Shown here: one piece after another, positions 47,054 to 56,333 of the stretch
How the letters are laid out: the number at the start of each line of letters is the position of its first letter
Position numbering within the stretch: the stretch's first letter is position 1
Assembly: GCA_037142615.1 (NCBI GenBank)
Contig: JBAXAI010000005.1
Location: forward strand, 1 to 64,000
Reading direction: 5' to 3'
From: Spirochaetales bacterium
GTDB taxonomy: Bacteria > Spirochaetota > Spirochaetia > JABEVK01
Length of the DNA: 64,000 nt
The notes under the pieces: generated by a model
The model's database searches: none
The model's input: the letters and a program-made list of their open reading frames with translations, nothing else
Told to the model about the DNA's origin: nothing
Made by a program: the position numbers and the translations under genes

Positions 47054-48207
47054 ACAAAACCTCGTTCCGCAACCCGGCCATGTTCACGTTGTACGCCCTG
47101 GCCGCGCTGTACGCGTACCTTCAAACCGGGATCGGTCCGGCGGTTCCCTTCTTGCGACAGGAGTTTCACTTCGACTACACGATGGCCTCGCTCCACGCCA
47201 GCGCGTTTGCCGCCGGCATGGTGCTCGCCGGTCTGGTGGCGCCCCGCATCATGGCCCACTGGGGCGTCCGCTGGAGCCTCTGGGGCGGGCAGTTAGGCCT
47301 GTTTGCCGGGTTCACGGCGTTGGTGATCGCACCCAACGCGTGGTTCACGCTGTCGGCTATTTTTGTGGCGGCCTTGGCGGGCACCACGAGCGTGATCGCT
47401 GTGCAGGCTTCCATTTCGCTGCTGGCGGGCGAGCGCCGCAGCCAGGCGCTCCTCGAGGCCAACATCGCTACCAGCCTGACCAGCGCCGTCGCGCCAATCG
47501 TGTTGTTGGTCGGCACGGGGCTGGCCACCGGTTGGCGGACGTTGTGGCCGGTGTTTGTGGTGGGACTGGTCGCGGTCTTCGCGTTCGGGTTCCGGGCGCT
47601 GTCGCAGAAGTTGCCCCAACGCTCGGTAGAAGAAGAACACACGGACGAAAAGCTCCCCAAAGCCTTCTTTGTGGCGTGGCTGTTTATTTTTGTCGGCGTG
47701 TCGGTGGAGTGGTGCCTGGGCTTTTGGGCCACCTCGTACCTCAAGGAACTGCCCGGGCATTCCGACTCGGTGGCAGTCACCGGTGCCATCGTGTTTCAGC
47801 TTTCGGCGGTGGCGAGTCGGCTCATTTCGAGTCGTTTGACGCGGCGGGTGGGCGAAACGCGAATGTTGCTGGCGGCGATTGTTCTGGCCGCTATCGGCTT
47901 TCCCCTGTACTGGACGCTCACCTCACCTGTCGCTTCGATCGTAGGGCTGGGGTTGTGCGGCATGGCCGTAGCCCTCTTCTACCCGCTGGGGTTGTCGCGG
48001 GCGATCGGGATCGCCGGTGCCCAGGCGGCGAAGGGGAGTTCGTACAGCACCGTCGGCTCCGGTTCGGCTGTTTTGACCGCTCCGCTGGCCCTGGGCCTTA
48101 TGGCCGACCAGTGGGGACTCTCTGTGGCGCTTCTGGCGGTACCGGTGGGGCTGGCCGCTCTGCTGATTCTGCTGTTGGTGCAACGAAAGCCCTCGTCAAA
48201 ACTCTGA
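47050..48207 (+). CDS. MFS transporter
   Basis: GTGA overlap; about 12 TM helices. Confidence 0.85.
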   Translation: MNKTSFRNPAMFTLYALAALYAYLQTGIGPAVPFLRQEFHFDYTMASLHASAFAAGMVLAGLVAPRIMAHWGVRWSLWGGQLGLFAGFTALVIAPNAWFTLSAIFVAALAGTTSVIAVQASISLLAGERRSQALLEANIATSLTSAVAPIVLLVGTGLATGWRTLWPVFVVGLVAVFAFGFRALSQKLPQRSVEEEHTDEKLPKAFFVAWLFIFVGVSVEWCLGFWATSYLKELPGHSDSVAVTGAIVFQLSAVASRLISSRLTRRVGETRMLLAAIVLAAIGFPLYWTLTSPVASIVGLGLCGMAVALFYPLGLSRAIGIAGAQAAKGSSYSTVGSGSAVLTAPLALGLMADQWGLSVALLAVPVGLAALLILLLVQRKPSSKL

Positions 48208-49206
48208 CGGGAGTTGACGAAGGCTGCGGCGCGCGACGAGCTCGACGGGAACTACGGAGTCCCGGGGGTAAGCCTTTCCCGCAATCAGGGCCAAGGCCGC
48301 TTCGCCCACCGCCTGCCCTACCCGGTCGAGGTCCTGCCGAATCGTCGATAGCTCAAGGACCTCGCCGAGGGCCAAGCCGTCGAACCCAACCACCTGAACG
48401 TCGTTTGGTACAGCTAACCCCAGGTCTTGCAAGGCTTTGATCGTTGGGAACGCCACAAGGTCCGACGTGCAGAAGAGGGCGTCGAAACTGCCGCGGGGCA
48501 ACGAATCGAGGTAGGCCCGGACCGCAGCAACCTCGGGTTCAAGCGCCTGCTGCCGGGAGGTTACTCCTGCTAGAGCAAGTTCTTCGACAAAGCCGGCCAA
48601 GCGCGCGGCGAGCGAACTGCTGAAGCCAGGGTGACGCGGACTGAGAACCACAATGCGGCGGGCGCCACGGTCGAGCAAGGCTCTGGCAGCGAGTTGCCCA
48701 CCCCGGTGGTTGTCGCAGGTGACCGAGGCCAGCCGGAGCCCCGGGGGTGCCTCGATCACGCGGTCGGCCAGCACCACAGGGATGCCGGCAGCCAGCAGCC
48801 GTGGATTGAGTTGACCGGTCACCGGGGTCAACACGAGGGCATCGACCTGGTTGTCGAGCAAAGTGTGGATGTAGAAATCCTCGGTGGCAGGGTCTTCTTC
48901 CGAGTTGCAAAGGAAGACCCCATAGCCGTGTTGGCGAAACACCCGCTCGACGGCCTGCGCCAACGTGGCAAAGAAGGGATTCGACACGTCGGGGATGAGC
49001 AGCCCGACAAAGTGCGAGCGGTTGCTCCGAAGCTTTTGCGCGAGCAGGTTCTTGCGGTAACCCAGCGCTTCGGCCGCCTGAAGCACGCGCTGGCGAACCT
49101 CTGGCGACACGGGACCAGAACCCAGCGCCCGGGACACCGTCGTGCGAGAAACCCCCGCCTGCCGGGCGACCTCGAGCAGGCGGAGTTGTGGGCCTTTGGG
49201 TTCCAT
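48196..49206 (-). CDS. LacI-family regulator
   Basis: EVARQAGVSRTTVSRAL, NPFF, VPNDVQVVGFDG. Confidence 0.93.
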   Translation of the reverse strand: MEPKGPQLRLLEVARQAGVSRTTVSRALGSGPVSPEVRQRVLQAAEALGYRKNLLAQKLRSNRSHFVGLLIPDVSNPFFATLAQAVERVFRQHGYGVFLCNSEEDPATEDFYIHTLLDNQVDALVLTPVTGQLNPRLLAAGIPVVLADRVIEAPPGLRLASVTCDNHRGGQLAARALLDRGARRIVVLSPRHPGFSSSLAARLAGFVEELALAGVTSRQQALEPEVAAVRAYLDSLPRGSFDALFCTSDLVAFPTIKALQDLGLAVPNDVQVVGFDGLALGEVLELSTIRQDLDRVGQAVGEAALALIAGKAYPRDSVVPVELVARRSLRQLPSEF

Positions 49207-50075
49207 TAGCCTTCGAGCATAAAGCGCGAGAACCGCAAACTTTCGGCCGCGTCGCGGTCAAGCTTGGCCTCGCTGGCCTTGTTGCTCAGGTCGCGCCACA
49301 CCCGGATGTCGTTGCCGACGGCGCCGCCGGCTTTCACGAAGGGCTCCATGACCACGTTGCCGTTGTAGCCAATCTCGCGCAGCGCCTCGCCGATTTCGCG
49401 CCAGGGCATGCGGCCCTGACCCGGTACGCGCCGGTTGCACTCGCCGGTGTGGAAGTGGCCCAGCAGGCTGCCCGCCGTACGGATGGCACCACCGATGGAG
49501 TCTTCCTCAATGTTCATGTGAAAGGTGTCGAGCATCACCTTCACGTTGGGCCGACCCACCTGCTTCACGAACGCGACGCCCTCTTCGGCCGTGTTGAGCA
49601 CGAAGTTCTCGAAGCGGTTGAGCACTTCGATGTTCAGCGTGATGCCCAGGTCTTCGGCAACCTTGGAAATGTCACGGATGCCATCAGCCCCGCGCTGCCA
49701 GTCGCCCATTTTGTCGACGGGTTTGGTGTAGTCGGCCGGCCAGTAGGAATGCAGCGCACCACCGATGGCCTTCACGTCGAGCCGTGCGATTTGAGTGAGC
49801 GTTTCGGTGAAGAACTTTTTGCCGCGTTCGCGCACGGCGGGGTCGGCCGACGAAAGGTTCTTGTCGGCGGTGGGGCCAATGCCGGCGGTCAAGATGATGC
49901 CGTTGGCTATGGCTGCGGTGCGAATCTCGTCGATCTGCTTGTCGCTATAAGTCGTGATTTGGTGGGCAGCGATCTCGAGCACATCGAAGCCGAGCTTGTG
50001 GGCCTTTTCGATGTAGTACTTGAAGTCACCGATCCATTCCTGTTCCCAGTACGCGTAGTAAATTCCGAACTTCAT
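49206..50075 (-). CDS. dpe: D-psicose (allulose)/D-tagatose 3-epimerase
   Basis: MKFGIYYAYWEQEW, EVLNRFE, DTFHMNIEE, HFHTGECNRRVPG, MEPF, VWRDLS; resembles the Agrobacterium DPEase (as recalled) along its whole length. Confidence 0.85.
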   Translation of the reverse strand: MKFGIYYAYWEQEWIGDFKYYIEKAHKLGFDVLEIAAHQITTYSDKQIDEIRTAAIANGIILTAGIGPTADKNLSSADPAVRERGKKFFTETLTQIARLDVKAIGGALHSYWPADYTKPVDKMGDWQRGADGIRDISKVAEDLGITLNIEVLNRFENFVLNTAEEGVAFVKQVGRPNVKVMLDTFHMNIEEDSIGGAIRTAGSLLGHFHTGECNRRVPGQGRMPWREIGEALREIGYNGNVVMEPFVKAGGAVGNDIRVWRDLSNKASEAKLDRDAAESLRFSRFMLEG

Positions 50076-50112
50076 GCGTTTCTCCTTTTGTTGGCCACCC
50101 AGCGGTGGCAGT

Positions 50113-51210
50113 TTACTTCTGCAAAATAGCGGGCCGCTCGAACCTCTTGTCACCCAAACGAACCGTGACCAGAGGGAAAGACCGACCTGCGGTGACCGGC
50201 ACCGGTCCGGAAGCGGTCACCAAAAAGGTCTGCTCCGACTTGGTCCCGGCGATGGTGGGGTTCCAGCAGAACCCCTGCCCGTCAAACAGGGCACCCTGGC
50301 TATCGGGGGTGACGTCAAACTCGCGCGGTTGAAACCCCAGGCCGCCACCGATGGGGTGCTGCTTCCATTCTTCGGGCCAGCCAAGTTCGCGGTAATCTCG
50401 CACCATCGCGGCGACGAGGGTCTTCACCGGCGCACCGACCACGCTGTTGCCCTGTACCGAGGCCTCGAGCGTACAGGCCACCAGGTGTCGCGCGGCGAGG
50501 TCGGCGGGAAGGGGCCCAAAGTGCACCGACCGCGTGAGGGTGACGTGCAGGCCAAACCGGCGGAAGCAAACGGAAAAGACGCCGTAGCGTTCCAGAACCC
50601 GTGAGGTGGGAATCGCGTGGCGGAACGCAAAGGCCCGTTCGTCGGTTGCCAGGTTGAGCACCAGCGGCTCCATGCCTGCACTCCAGGCGGCGCGGGCCAG
50701 GTCGCCAGCGAGCTCGTTTTCGCGGCGGCCCGGCTGCACCCCGAGCGCGAACTGCTCTACGAGCTCGGCCGACTCGGCGCCCAGTTGCCGCAGCAACTCC
50801 TGTTCGTGCCCCGACAACTGCTGCCGCAGAACCGACAACTCGGCCTCGACATTGCGGTCTATCAGGATGGACTGGGAGGAAAACCCAGAGCTCTGCCAGT
50901 GGGTTTCGAACCGCTCGTACCACGGCCAGGCCACGAGCTCCAGGCCCCAGCCGGCCACTTCTTCCCGCTCCAAACGGGGTGCCTCGTTGGTGGTGGTGAA
51001 CAATACGACCCGGTCGGCGGTGATCAGGACCTTGGCGACCGAGCCCTCGCTGGCCAGGCTGACGAACGAGCGGCCATGGGTCAGCCAGCCGAAGTTCGTG
51101 ACGGTGGTGAGCAGCAGGCCGTCGGCCGATCTTTGGACCAGCCAAGCCCGAAGGCGCAGCAGTTTTGCCTCGTAGTCTTCCCTATGCCTGTCCGCCTTTT
51201 GCCCATTCAC
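50113..51210 (-). CDS. M24 (creatinase/prolidase-fold) protein with degenerate metal site
   Basis: GGAGGA + GTG 51210; NFGWLT.G, GLHVTLTRSV, HPIGG..G..PRE, WNPTIAGTKSE. Confidence 0.75.
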   Translation of the reverse strand: MNGQKADRHREDYEAKLLRLRAWLVQRSADGLLLTTVTNFGWLTHGRSFVSLASEGSVAKVLITADRVVLFTTTNEAPRLEREEVAGWGLELVAWPWYERFETHWQSSGFSSQSILIDRNVEAELSVLRQQLSGHEQELLRQLGAESAELVEQFALGVQPGRRENELAGDLARAAWSAGMEPLVLNLATDERAFAFRHAIPTSRVLERYGVFSVCFRRFGLHVTLTRSVHFGPLPADLAARHLVACTLEASVQGNSVVGAPVKTLVAAMVRDYRELGWPEEWKQHPIGGGLGFQPREFDVTPDSQGALFDGQGFCWNPTIAGTKSEQTFLVTASGPVPVTAGRSFPLVTVRLGDKRFERPAILQK

Positions 51211-51235
51211 CGCGATTTCCTCCGGGTGAACACCT

Positions 51236-51293
51236 GTGGAATCGATTCCACTGCCACCCAGCCCATAGTGGGCCCGGATGGCCCCGGTGTCAA
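51236..51293 (-). promoter_or_regulatory. Promoter and perfect LacI-type operator of the M24-dpe-lacI operon
   Basis: Minus-strand TTGACA(51293-51288)-17 nt-CACTAT(51270-51265), followed by the perfect palindrome GTGGAATCGATTCCAC (51236-51251). Confidence 0.75.
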
Positions 51294-51338
51294 CCAGAAC
51301 TTTGTTCACCATTGCTTCTGACACGGCCGAGCCGTATC

Positions 51339-52709
51339 ATGGTAATTGTGCAGATCATTCAGCCCTCCAAAGACGGTACAATCGAAGCCGTTTCCGTGCA
51401 GTACGTCCTCGACAACCTGGACGCGCTCAAGCGCAACTCGGTTCCCGTATTCCGTGGGCTAAAAAACGCGAACGGCGACCTGAAGCCCCAGCGTGTCGAA
51501 CCAGATCTTGCGGCCAGTGTTCCCGAGGCCGAGCGCGGTCAAAAACTGTTCCTCGTCGACCGGGCCTGGAAGCGGACCCTGTTCACCTCGAGCGATACCT
51601 TCAACGCCCAACTGGCCCCCTTTGCTGGCAAGTCGCCCGAAGAAAGGGCCCGCGCGGTCTCGGCCCTCAAGCAGGTGATCGCCCAACTGAAGGCCGAGCA
51701 GGCCGACCCCGGCGAAAAGGCCCAGGCCATCATGGATTCGGTCAAGGACGTCTTTTTGCTCAACAAGGCCTCGCTGAAGCTCAAACCGGCGGAAGTGTCG
51801 GAGCACGAAAAGTCTGTCGCAAAGGACACGGAGTCGATTATCTCGTCAGCGATGGAAATGGCCGACGACCCGGCGCTGGTCGAGGGCCTGTTTGCGGGGT
51901 TTCAAAGCCTGTCGAACGGCCAGACCGTGAATCATGTGCTGCGCGTGTTTGCCACGTACTCGGGCTTTGTAAAGCACTACAACAACCAGCATCAGGCGGG
52001 GTTGGTACCCAGCTTGCGGCGGATCTTCCCGAGGACGTATCTGGACCACTACCGTGAGTTTGTCCCTGCGCTCAAGCCCGAACTGTTGCCCGCCGATAGC
52101 CTGCTCACGAGTGACAACCTCCTTCAGCTGAGCAAGTTCAAGCCGGAAGACATGAAGGAACTCGCTCTCGGTGCGTTTCTGCACGATATCGGCAAGATGG
52201 GCAATCTGGACTACTTCGAAAGCGACTCCGGCTATGATCCGGCGCAGATCCGTCAGCACGTTTTTCTCAGCGCAGGTCTCATCCTGATGAACTACGGAGC
52301 CGACCACAACCTTGCACGGCTGTTGGCCGGTGACCATCACAACGCGATGAACCACGGCGATGGGTACGGCGTCACCCGTTTGGAGCGCGAAAAGGGGCGC
52401 CGCAAGCCCGCCGCCTTGGAAAGGGCCCTTTCGAGCACCATGGAGGGGTTTGTCTCGGGTCAGGCGCTGGGCTTCCTTCCCGTCGAAATGCTGGCGGTTG
52501 CCGATGTGTACGATGCCATGATCGATACCAGCCGCACGTACAAGAAGGCTTTGAGCTCGGCTGAGGCCGTGGTCTTTTTGGAAGAAACCATGGCCGCCAA
52601 ACAGAAGCTGGATCCTGTGCTGGTCGACCTGTTCATCGACTACCTGCGCAGCAACGGCGTCGACGTGCCCGACAATCGGGGCTTTTTGTACAAACTCAGG
52701 ACGGCGTAA
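51339..52709 (+). CDS. HD-GYP-like phosphohydrolase
   Basis: NHVLRV, LHDIGK, QHV, DHHN....DGYG, VADVYDAM..SRTYK, LDPVLV. Confidence 0.8.
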   Translation: MVIVQIIQPSKDGTIEAVSVQYVLDNLDALKRNSVPVFRGLKNANGDLKPQRVEPDLAASVPEAERGQKLFLVDRAWKRTLFTSSDTFNAQLAPFAGKSPEERARAVSALKQVIAQLKAEQADPGEKAQAIMDSVKDVFLLNKASLKLKPAEVSEHEKSVAKDTESIISSAMEMADDPALVEGLFAGFQSLSNGQTVNHVLRVFATYSGFVKHYNNQHQAGLVPSLRRIFPRTYLDHYREFVPALKPELLPADSLLTSDNLLQLSKFKPEDMKELALGAFLHDIGKMGNLDYFESDSGYDPAQIRQHVFLSAGLILMNYGADHNLARLLAGDHHNAMNHGDGYGVTRLEREKGRRKPAALERALSSTMEGFVSGQALGFLPVEMLAVADVYDAMIDTSRTYKKALSSAEAVVFLEETMAAKQKLDPVLVDLFIDYLRSNGVDVPDNRGFLYKLRTA

Positions 52710-53961
52710 ACACCGCTAACGGCTTCGCCTTGCCCCGCACTTCCAGCGAACCGCGAGGCTCAAAGGTCCAGCGAGGGTCTCCCAGCGCTGCCACCAACTG
52801 TTCCGAAACCAGAACTTCGTCGCCGGTCTGTTTGCACAGCGCCTCGAGACGGCTGGCCGTGTTCACGGTGTCGCCAATGACCGTATATTCCAACCGCGAA
52901 GCCGTTCCCACATTGCCTGCGATGACCGGTCCTGAATGGATGCCGATTCCTTGGCGCAACGGCGGAAAGCCTCGGCCCGAGAGGGTGTTGTTGAGCCCGC
53001 GCAAACGGGTCTGCATGGCGAGCGCGGCTTGCAACGCCCGCGAGGCGTCGTCGGGGGCTGGGTGCGGGGTGCCAAACGTGGCCATGATGCCGTCGCCGAT
53101 GAACTTGTCGAGCGTTCCGCCATGCTCGAAGATTGCGGCTACCATCTGTTCCTGGTAGAGCGACAACAGCTCGACCACCCGGGCGGGTTCCAGGCCTTCG
53201 CTCAGCGCCGTGAACCCCCGCAGATCCGAAAAAAGCACGGTGACGTTCTGCAGTTGGCCCCCGGGCCGAAGAAAGGCGGCGTCGGACCTGGCGATGTGCG
53301 AGGCGACTCCGGGCGAGAAATAGCGCCCGAGCTGGGCCGTTGAGTGTTCGGCCCGCGACGCCTCGAGAACTGTCTGCCGAAAGCGGGTGAGCAAAACCGT
53401 AAGCAGGATCCCTGAAGCAATGAACATCGTCGTGTTGATCAGCGTCAGCACCAGGCTGGCACCTGGTCCTTGGGTCGATGACAAAATGCTGTCGGTCAGC
53501 ACGAGGCGCGGGTCGGTGAAGGCGAGCGTGTAAATGACCGCGAGGCCGCCGATGGCCGCCGTGGCAAACACCGCCGGGTAAATCGGCCGCCCGGGCAGAC
53601 AGCACAACACCAAGAAAATGAAATCGAGGGGCAAGATGTTCACCTTGAGGAAGTAGGTCCGGGGAACGACATCACCGCCCACCGACTGGTACCAGATAAA
53701 CGGCAGCAGCAGGGCGATCACCACGTAGGTGCCTGTGAGCGTCCAGCCCGAAAAGTGCACCCAGCCCCCCCGGTAGTTCTGCCACAGAAAGAAGGCCATC
53801 GTGACCACGCCGAACCCGATAAACGCCAGCTCGGACAGCAATTCGAAGGTCGACTGCGCCGCCGTAAACGTCACGTAGACAAAGAAGACCATCATCCCCA
53901 GGTTGAAAATCAGCGAGAACCGGACACCCAACTGTTCGCGGCGGGCAAGGATTTCGTTCAT
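52696..53961 (-). CDS. Membrane-bound class III adenylate/guanylate cyclase
   Basis: About 6 TM helices, then FSDLRGFT, DKFIGDG, GIGIHSG, EYTVIGDTVNTASRLE; start MNEILARR at 53961. Confidence 0.9.
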   Translation of the reverse strand: MNEILARREQLGVRFSLIFNLGMMVFFVYVTFTAAQSTFELLSELAFIGFGVVTMAFFLWQNYRGGWVHFSGWTLTGTYVVIALLLPFIWYQSVGGDVVPRTYFLKVNILPLDFIFLVLCCLPGRPIYPAVFATAAIGGLAVIYTLAFTDPRLVLTDSILSSTQGPGASLVLTLINTTMFIASGILLTVLLTRFRQTVLEASRAEHSTAQLGRYFSPGVASHIARSDAAFLRPGGQLQNVTVLFSDLRGFTALSEGLEPARVVELLSLYQEQMVAAIFEHGGTLDKFIGDGIMATFGTPHPAPDDASRALQAALAMQTRLRGLNNTLSGRGFPPLRQGIGIHSGPVIAGNVGTASRLEYTVIGDTVNTASRLEALCKQTGDEVLVSEQLVAALGDPRWTFEPRGSLEVRGKAKPLAVFTPS

Positions 53962-54006
53962 GCCTCGTATTGTCGCCCATCGGGGCCTTGCGGTAAACTC
54001 CCCGCC

Positions 54007-55617
54007 GTGATCAACCTCGGCCAAGTGAAAGTAACCTACGGCAGCCGCGTGCTGTTCCGCAACGCCGACCTGCTGGTGCGCCCCGGCGACAAAATCGGGC
54101 TGGTGGGCCCCAACGGCGCCGGAAAAACCACGGTGTTCCGCCTGATTACCGGCGAGGAGCACACCGACGAAGGCAGCGTGAGCATCGACCCCGGCGTGGT
54201 GGTGGGCTACTTCAGTCAGGACGTGGGCGAAATGTCGGGCCGCACGGTGCTGGCCGAGGTGCTCGCCGGCGCGGGCAAAGTGGCGGCCATCGGCGAGCAG
54301 TTGTCCGAGCTGGAACACCGTATGGGCGACGCCAGCAACCCCTTGAGCGATAAAGAGATGGATCTGTACGGCGAGTTGCAGCACGAGTTCATGACCCGCG
54401 ACGGTTACGAGCTCGAGAACCGCGCCGAAACCATCCTCGAAGGCTTGGGCGTGGGCAAAAGCCGCTGGCAGGACCCCGTGGAGACCTTTTCCGGCGGTTG
54501 GAAAATGCGCATCGCGCTGGCCCGCATTTTGTTGCTCAACCCCGACGCCCTGCTCATCGACGAACCCACCAACCACCTCGACCTCGAGACCATCGTGTGG
54601 CTCGAAGGCTGGCTCAAGGAGTTCCCCGGCGCGCTGGTGATGACCAGCCACGACCGCGAGTTCATGACCCGCATCTGCAAACGCACCGTCGAAGTGGCCA
54701 ACCAAAGCATCACCACGTACTCGGGCGACTACGACTTTTACCTGCGCGAACGAGAGATCCGCCGCGACAACCTGATCGCCGCCAAGAGCCGCCAGGACGC
54801 CATGCTCGCCAAGGAGAACGAGTTTATCGCCCGGTTCGCCGCCCGCGCCAGCCACGCCTCCTTGGTGCAAAGCCGGGTCAAGATGATCGAAAAAATCGAA
54901 CGCATCGAAGTTCCGCGCGAAACCAAGGTGATGAAAGTCAACTTCGGCGACATCAAGCGCTCGGGCGACATCGTGGTCGACATGAAGCACCTGGCAAAAG
55001 CCTGGGAGCTCCCGGCGGGGGGCACTCACCCCGTGTTCAGCGGCCTCAACGGCACCGTGGTGCGCACCAACAAAATCGCCGTCACCGGCGTCAACGGGGC
55101 GGGCAAGTCAACCCTGCTCAAGGTGATCACCGGCCAGACCGACCCCACCAGCGGCAGCTCAGCCCTCGGCGCCAGCGTGCAGATGGGCTACTTCAGCCAG
55201 TACTCCGGCGACCTGCTGCACAACGACTGGACCATTTTGGAAGAATTGCAGGACCGCTTGCCCCGCGAATCGGTAGGAAGCCTGAAGAACCTCATCGGTG
55301 CCTTCCAATTCAGTGGAGACGATGCCGACAAGCGCATCAGCGTGCTCTCCGGCGGCGAAAAGAGCCGCGTGATGCTCGCCTGCCTGCTGGCCAGCCCCGT
55401 CAACTTCCTGGTGCTCGACGAACCCACCAACCACCTCGACATCGCCAGCCGCGAGGTGCTTCTCGAGGCCCTGCAAGACTTTGAAGGCACCGTAATGATC
55501 GTCAGCCACGACCGGTACTTCCTGAAGCACCTGGCCAACCGCGTGTTCGAGATCGACCACGGCGCGCTGCGCGTGTACGAAGGCCGCTACGAGGAGTATC
55601 TGGAGAGCCGAGGGTAG
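54007..55617 (+). CDS. ABC-F family ATPase
   Basis: Two NBDs (GPNGAGKT, FSGGWKMR, DEPTNHLD; GVNGAGKS, LSGGEK); no TM helices. Confidence 0.93.
   Translation: MINLGQVKVTYGSRVLFRNADLLVRPGDKIGLVGPNGAGKTTVFRLITGEEHTDEGSVSIDPGVVVGYFSQDVGEMSGRTVLAEVLAGAGKVAAIGEQLSELEHRMGDASNPLSDKEMDLYGELQHEFMTRDGYELENRAETILEGLGVGKSRWQDPVETFSGGWKMRIALARILLLNPDALLIDEPTNHLDLETIVWLEGWLKEFPGALVMTSHDREFMTRICKRTVEVANQSITTYSGDYDFYLREREIRRDNLIAAKSRQDAMLAKENEFIARFAARASHASLVQSRVKMIEKIERIEVPRETKVMKVNFGDIKRSGDIVVDMKHLAKAWELPAGGTHPVFSGLNGTVVRTNKIAVTGVNGAGKSTLLKVITGQTDPTSGSSALGASVQMGYFSQYSGDLLHNDWTILEELQDRLPRESVGSLKNLIGAFQFSGDDADKRISVLSGGEKSRVMLACLLASPVNFLVLDEPTNHLDIASREVLLEALQDFEGTVMIVSHDRYFLKHLANRVFEIDHGALRVYEGRYEEYLESRG
55300..55614 (+). 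repeat. 315-bp direct repeat, copy 1 (3' end of the ABC-F gene)
   Basis: By eye, identical to 56996-57310 except G55596/A57292 (synonymous). Confidence 0.95.
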
Positions 55618-55620
55618 GAA

Positions 55621-55686
55621 GGGGGGCGACCCCCTTACGGTGGTACGCGGTACCACCGTATCCCCCGAGCGGGGTTCCACCCCGCA
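55621..55686. repeat. Cluster of GC-rich hairpins (REP-like/terminator)
   Basis: GGGGG-CGA-CCCCC; TACGGTGGTAC-GCG-GTACCACCGTA (perfect 11-bp stem); GCGGGG-TTCCA-CCCCGC. Confidence 0.5.
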
Positions 55687-55732
55687 ACGCCCCGGACTTG
55701 CCGGAACCACAGATTTGAAACATGATGACAAG

Positions 55733-56029
55733 ATGGTGAATCCCAATTGGCGCAACATTCTTATCGCAAAGAAGCTGCAATGGCAGGCTGATTATGGCCT
55801 TCGCCGGATGGCGGTGTTTGGAAGTGCGGCGCGCGGCCAAACAGGACCCGAAAGTGACCTTGATGTTTTGGTTGAGTTCCAACGCCCTTTCCGGTTTGAT
55901 CTCCTGAAGTTCATCAGTCTTGAGCAGGAGTTGTCCGCTGAAATGGGTGGCCCTGTCGACCTTGTCATGCAGTCTGACCTCAAGCCCCATGTGCGCGAAA
56001 ACGCACTCAGAGACGCGCAGGAGCTTTGA
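55733..56029 (+). CDS. Minimal nucleotidyltransferase (MNT antitoxin family)
   Basis: VFGSAARG....SDLDVLVEF...VDLV; preceded by TTGCCG-17-CATGAT-6-ATG. Confidence 0.88.
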   Translation: MVNPNWRNILIAKKLQWQADYGLRRMAVFGSAARGQTGPESDLDVLVEFQRPFRFDLLKFISLEQELSAEMGGPVDLVMQSDLKPHVRENALRDAQEL

Positions 56030-56078
56030 TGGATCCCCGTGCCGCCCAACCGTCGAACGACATTATTCTGTGGCTTAA

Positions 56079-56333
56079 CTACTCGATCACCCCTCGGTAC
56101 AAATCCGCCACCGGGAAGCAGAGCTCGTAATCGCCCCAGACCAAATCACCGTGCACGATGCGGTAGCTGGAAAATGCGGCTGGTTCCAACCATTTACTGA
56201 TGTCAGGATGGATCGACTTGCGAAGGAAAGGGGCAAAGTCGACCAGTCTCTGAGTGCCATCCTCAAAGCGAAGGCGAAGTTGGAGACCTTCGGCGGGTTC
56301 TGCCGCAACAACGGAAATCAGACTAGCAGTCAC
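56079..56333 (-). CDS. DUF2442-like protein (putative TA partner)
   Basis: LRLRFEDG...VDF.PFL.....F....I..G.L.W; GTGA overlap with the upstream gene. Confidence 0.75.
   Translation of the reverse strand: MTASLISVVAAEPAEGLQLRLRFEDGTQRLVDFAPFLRKSIHPDISKWLEPAAFSSYRIVHGDLVWGDYELCFPVADLYRGVIE

Noticed and set aside
53962-55029. N-terminal 356 aa of the 777-aa minus-strand ORF, suggesting a giant cyclase fusion
   Set aside because: It is the antisense shadow of the ABC-F gene; the cyclase starts at 53961.
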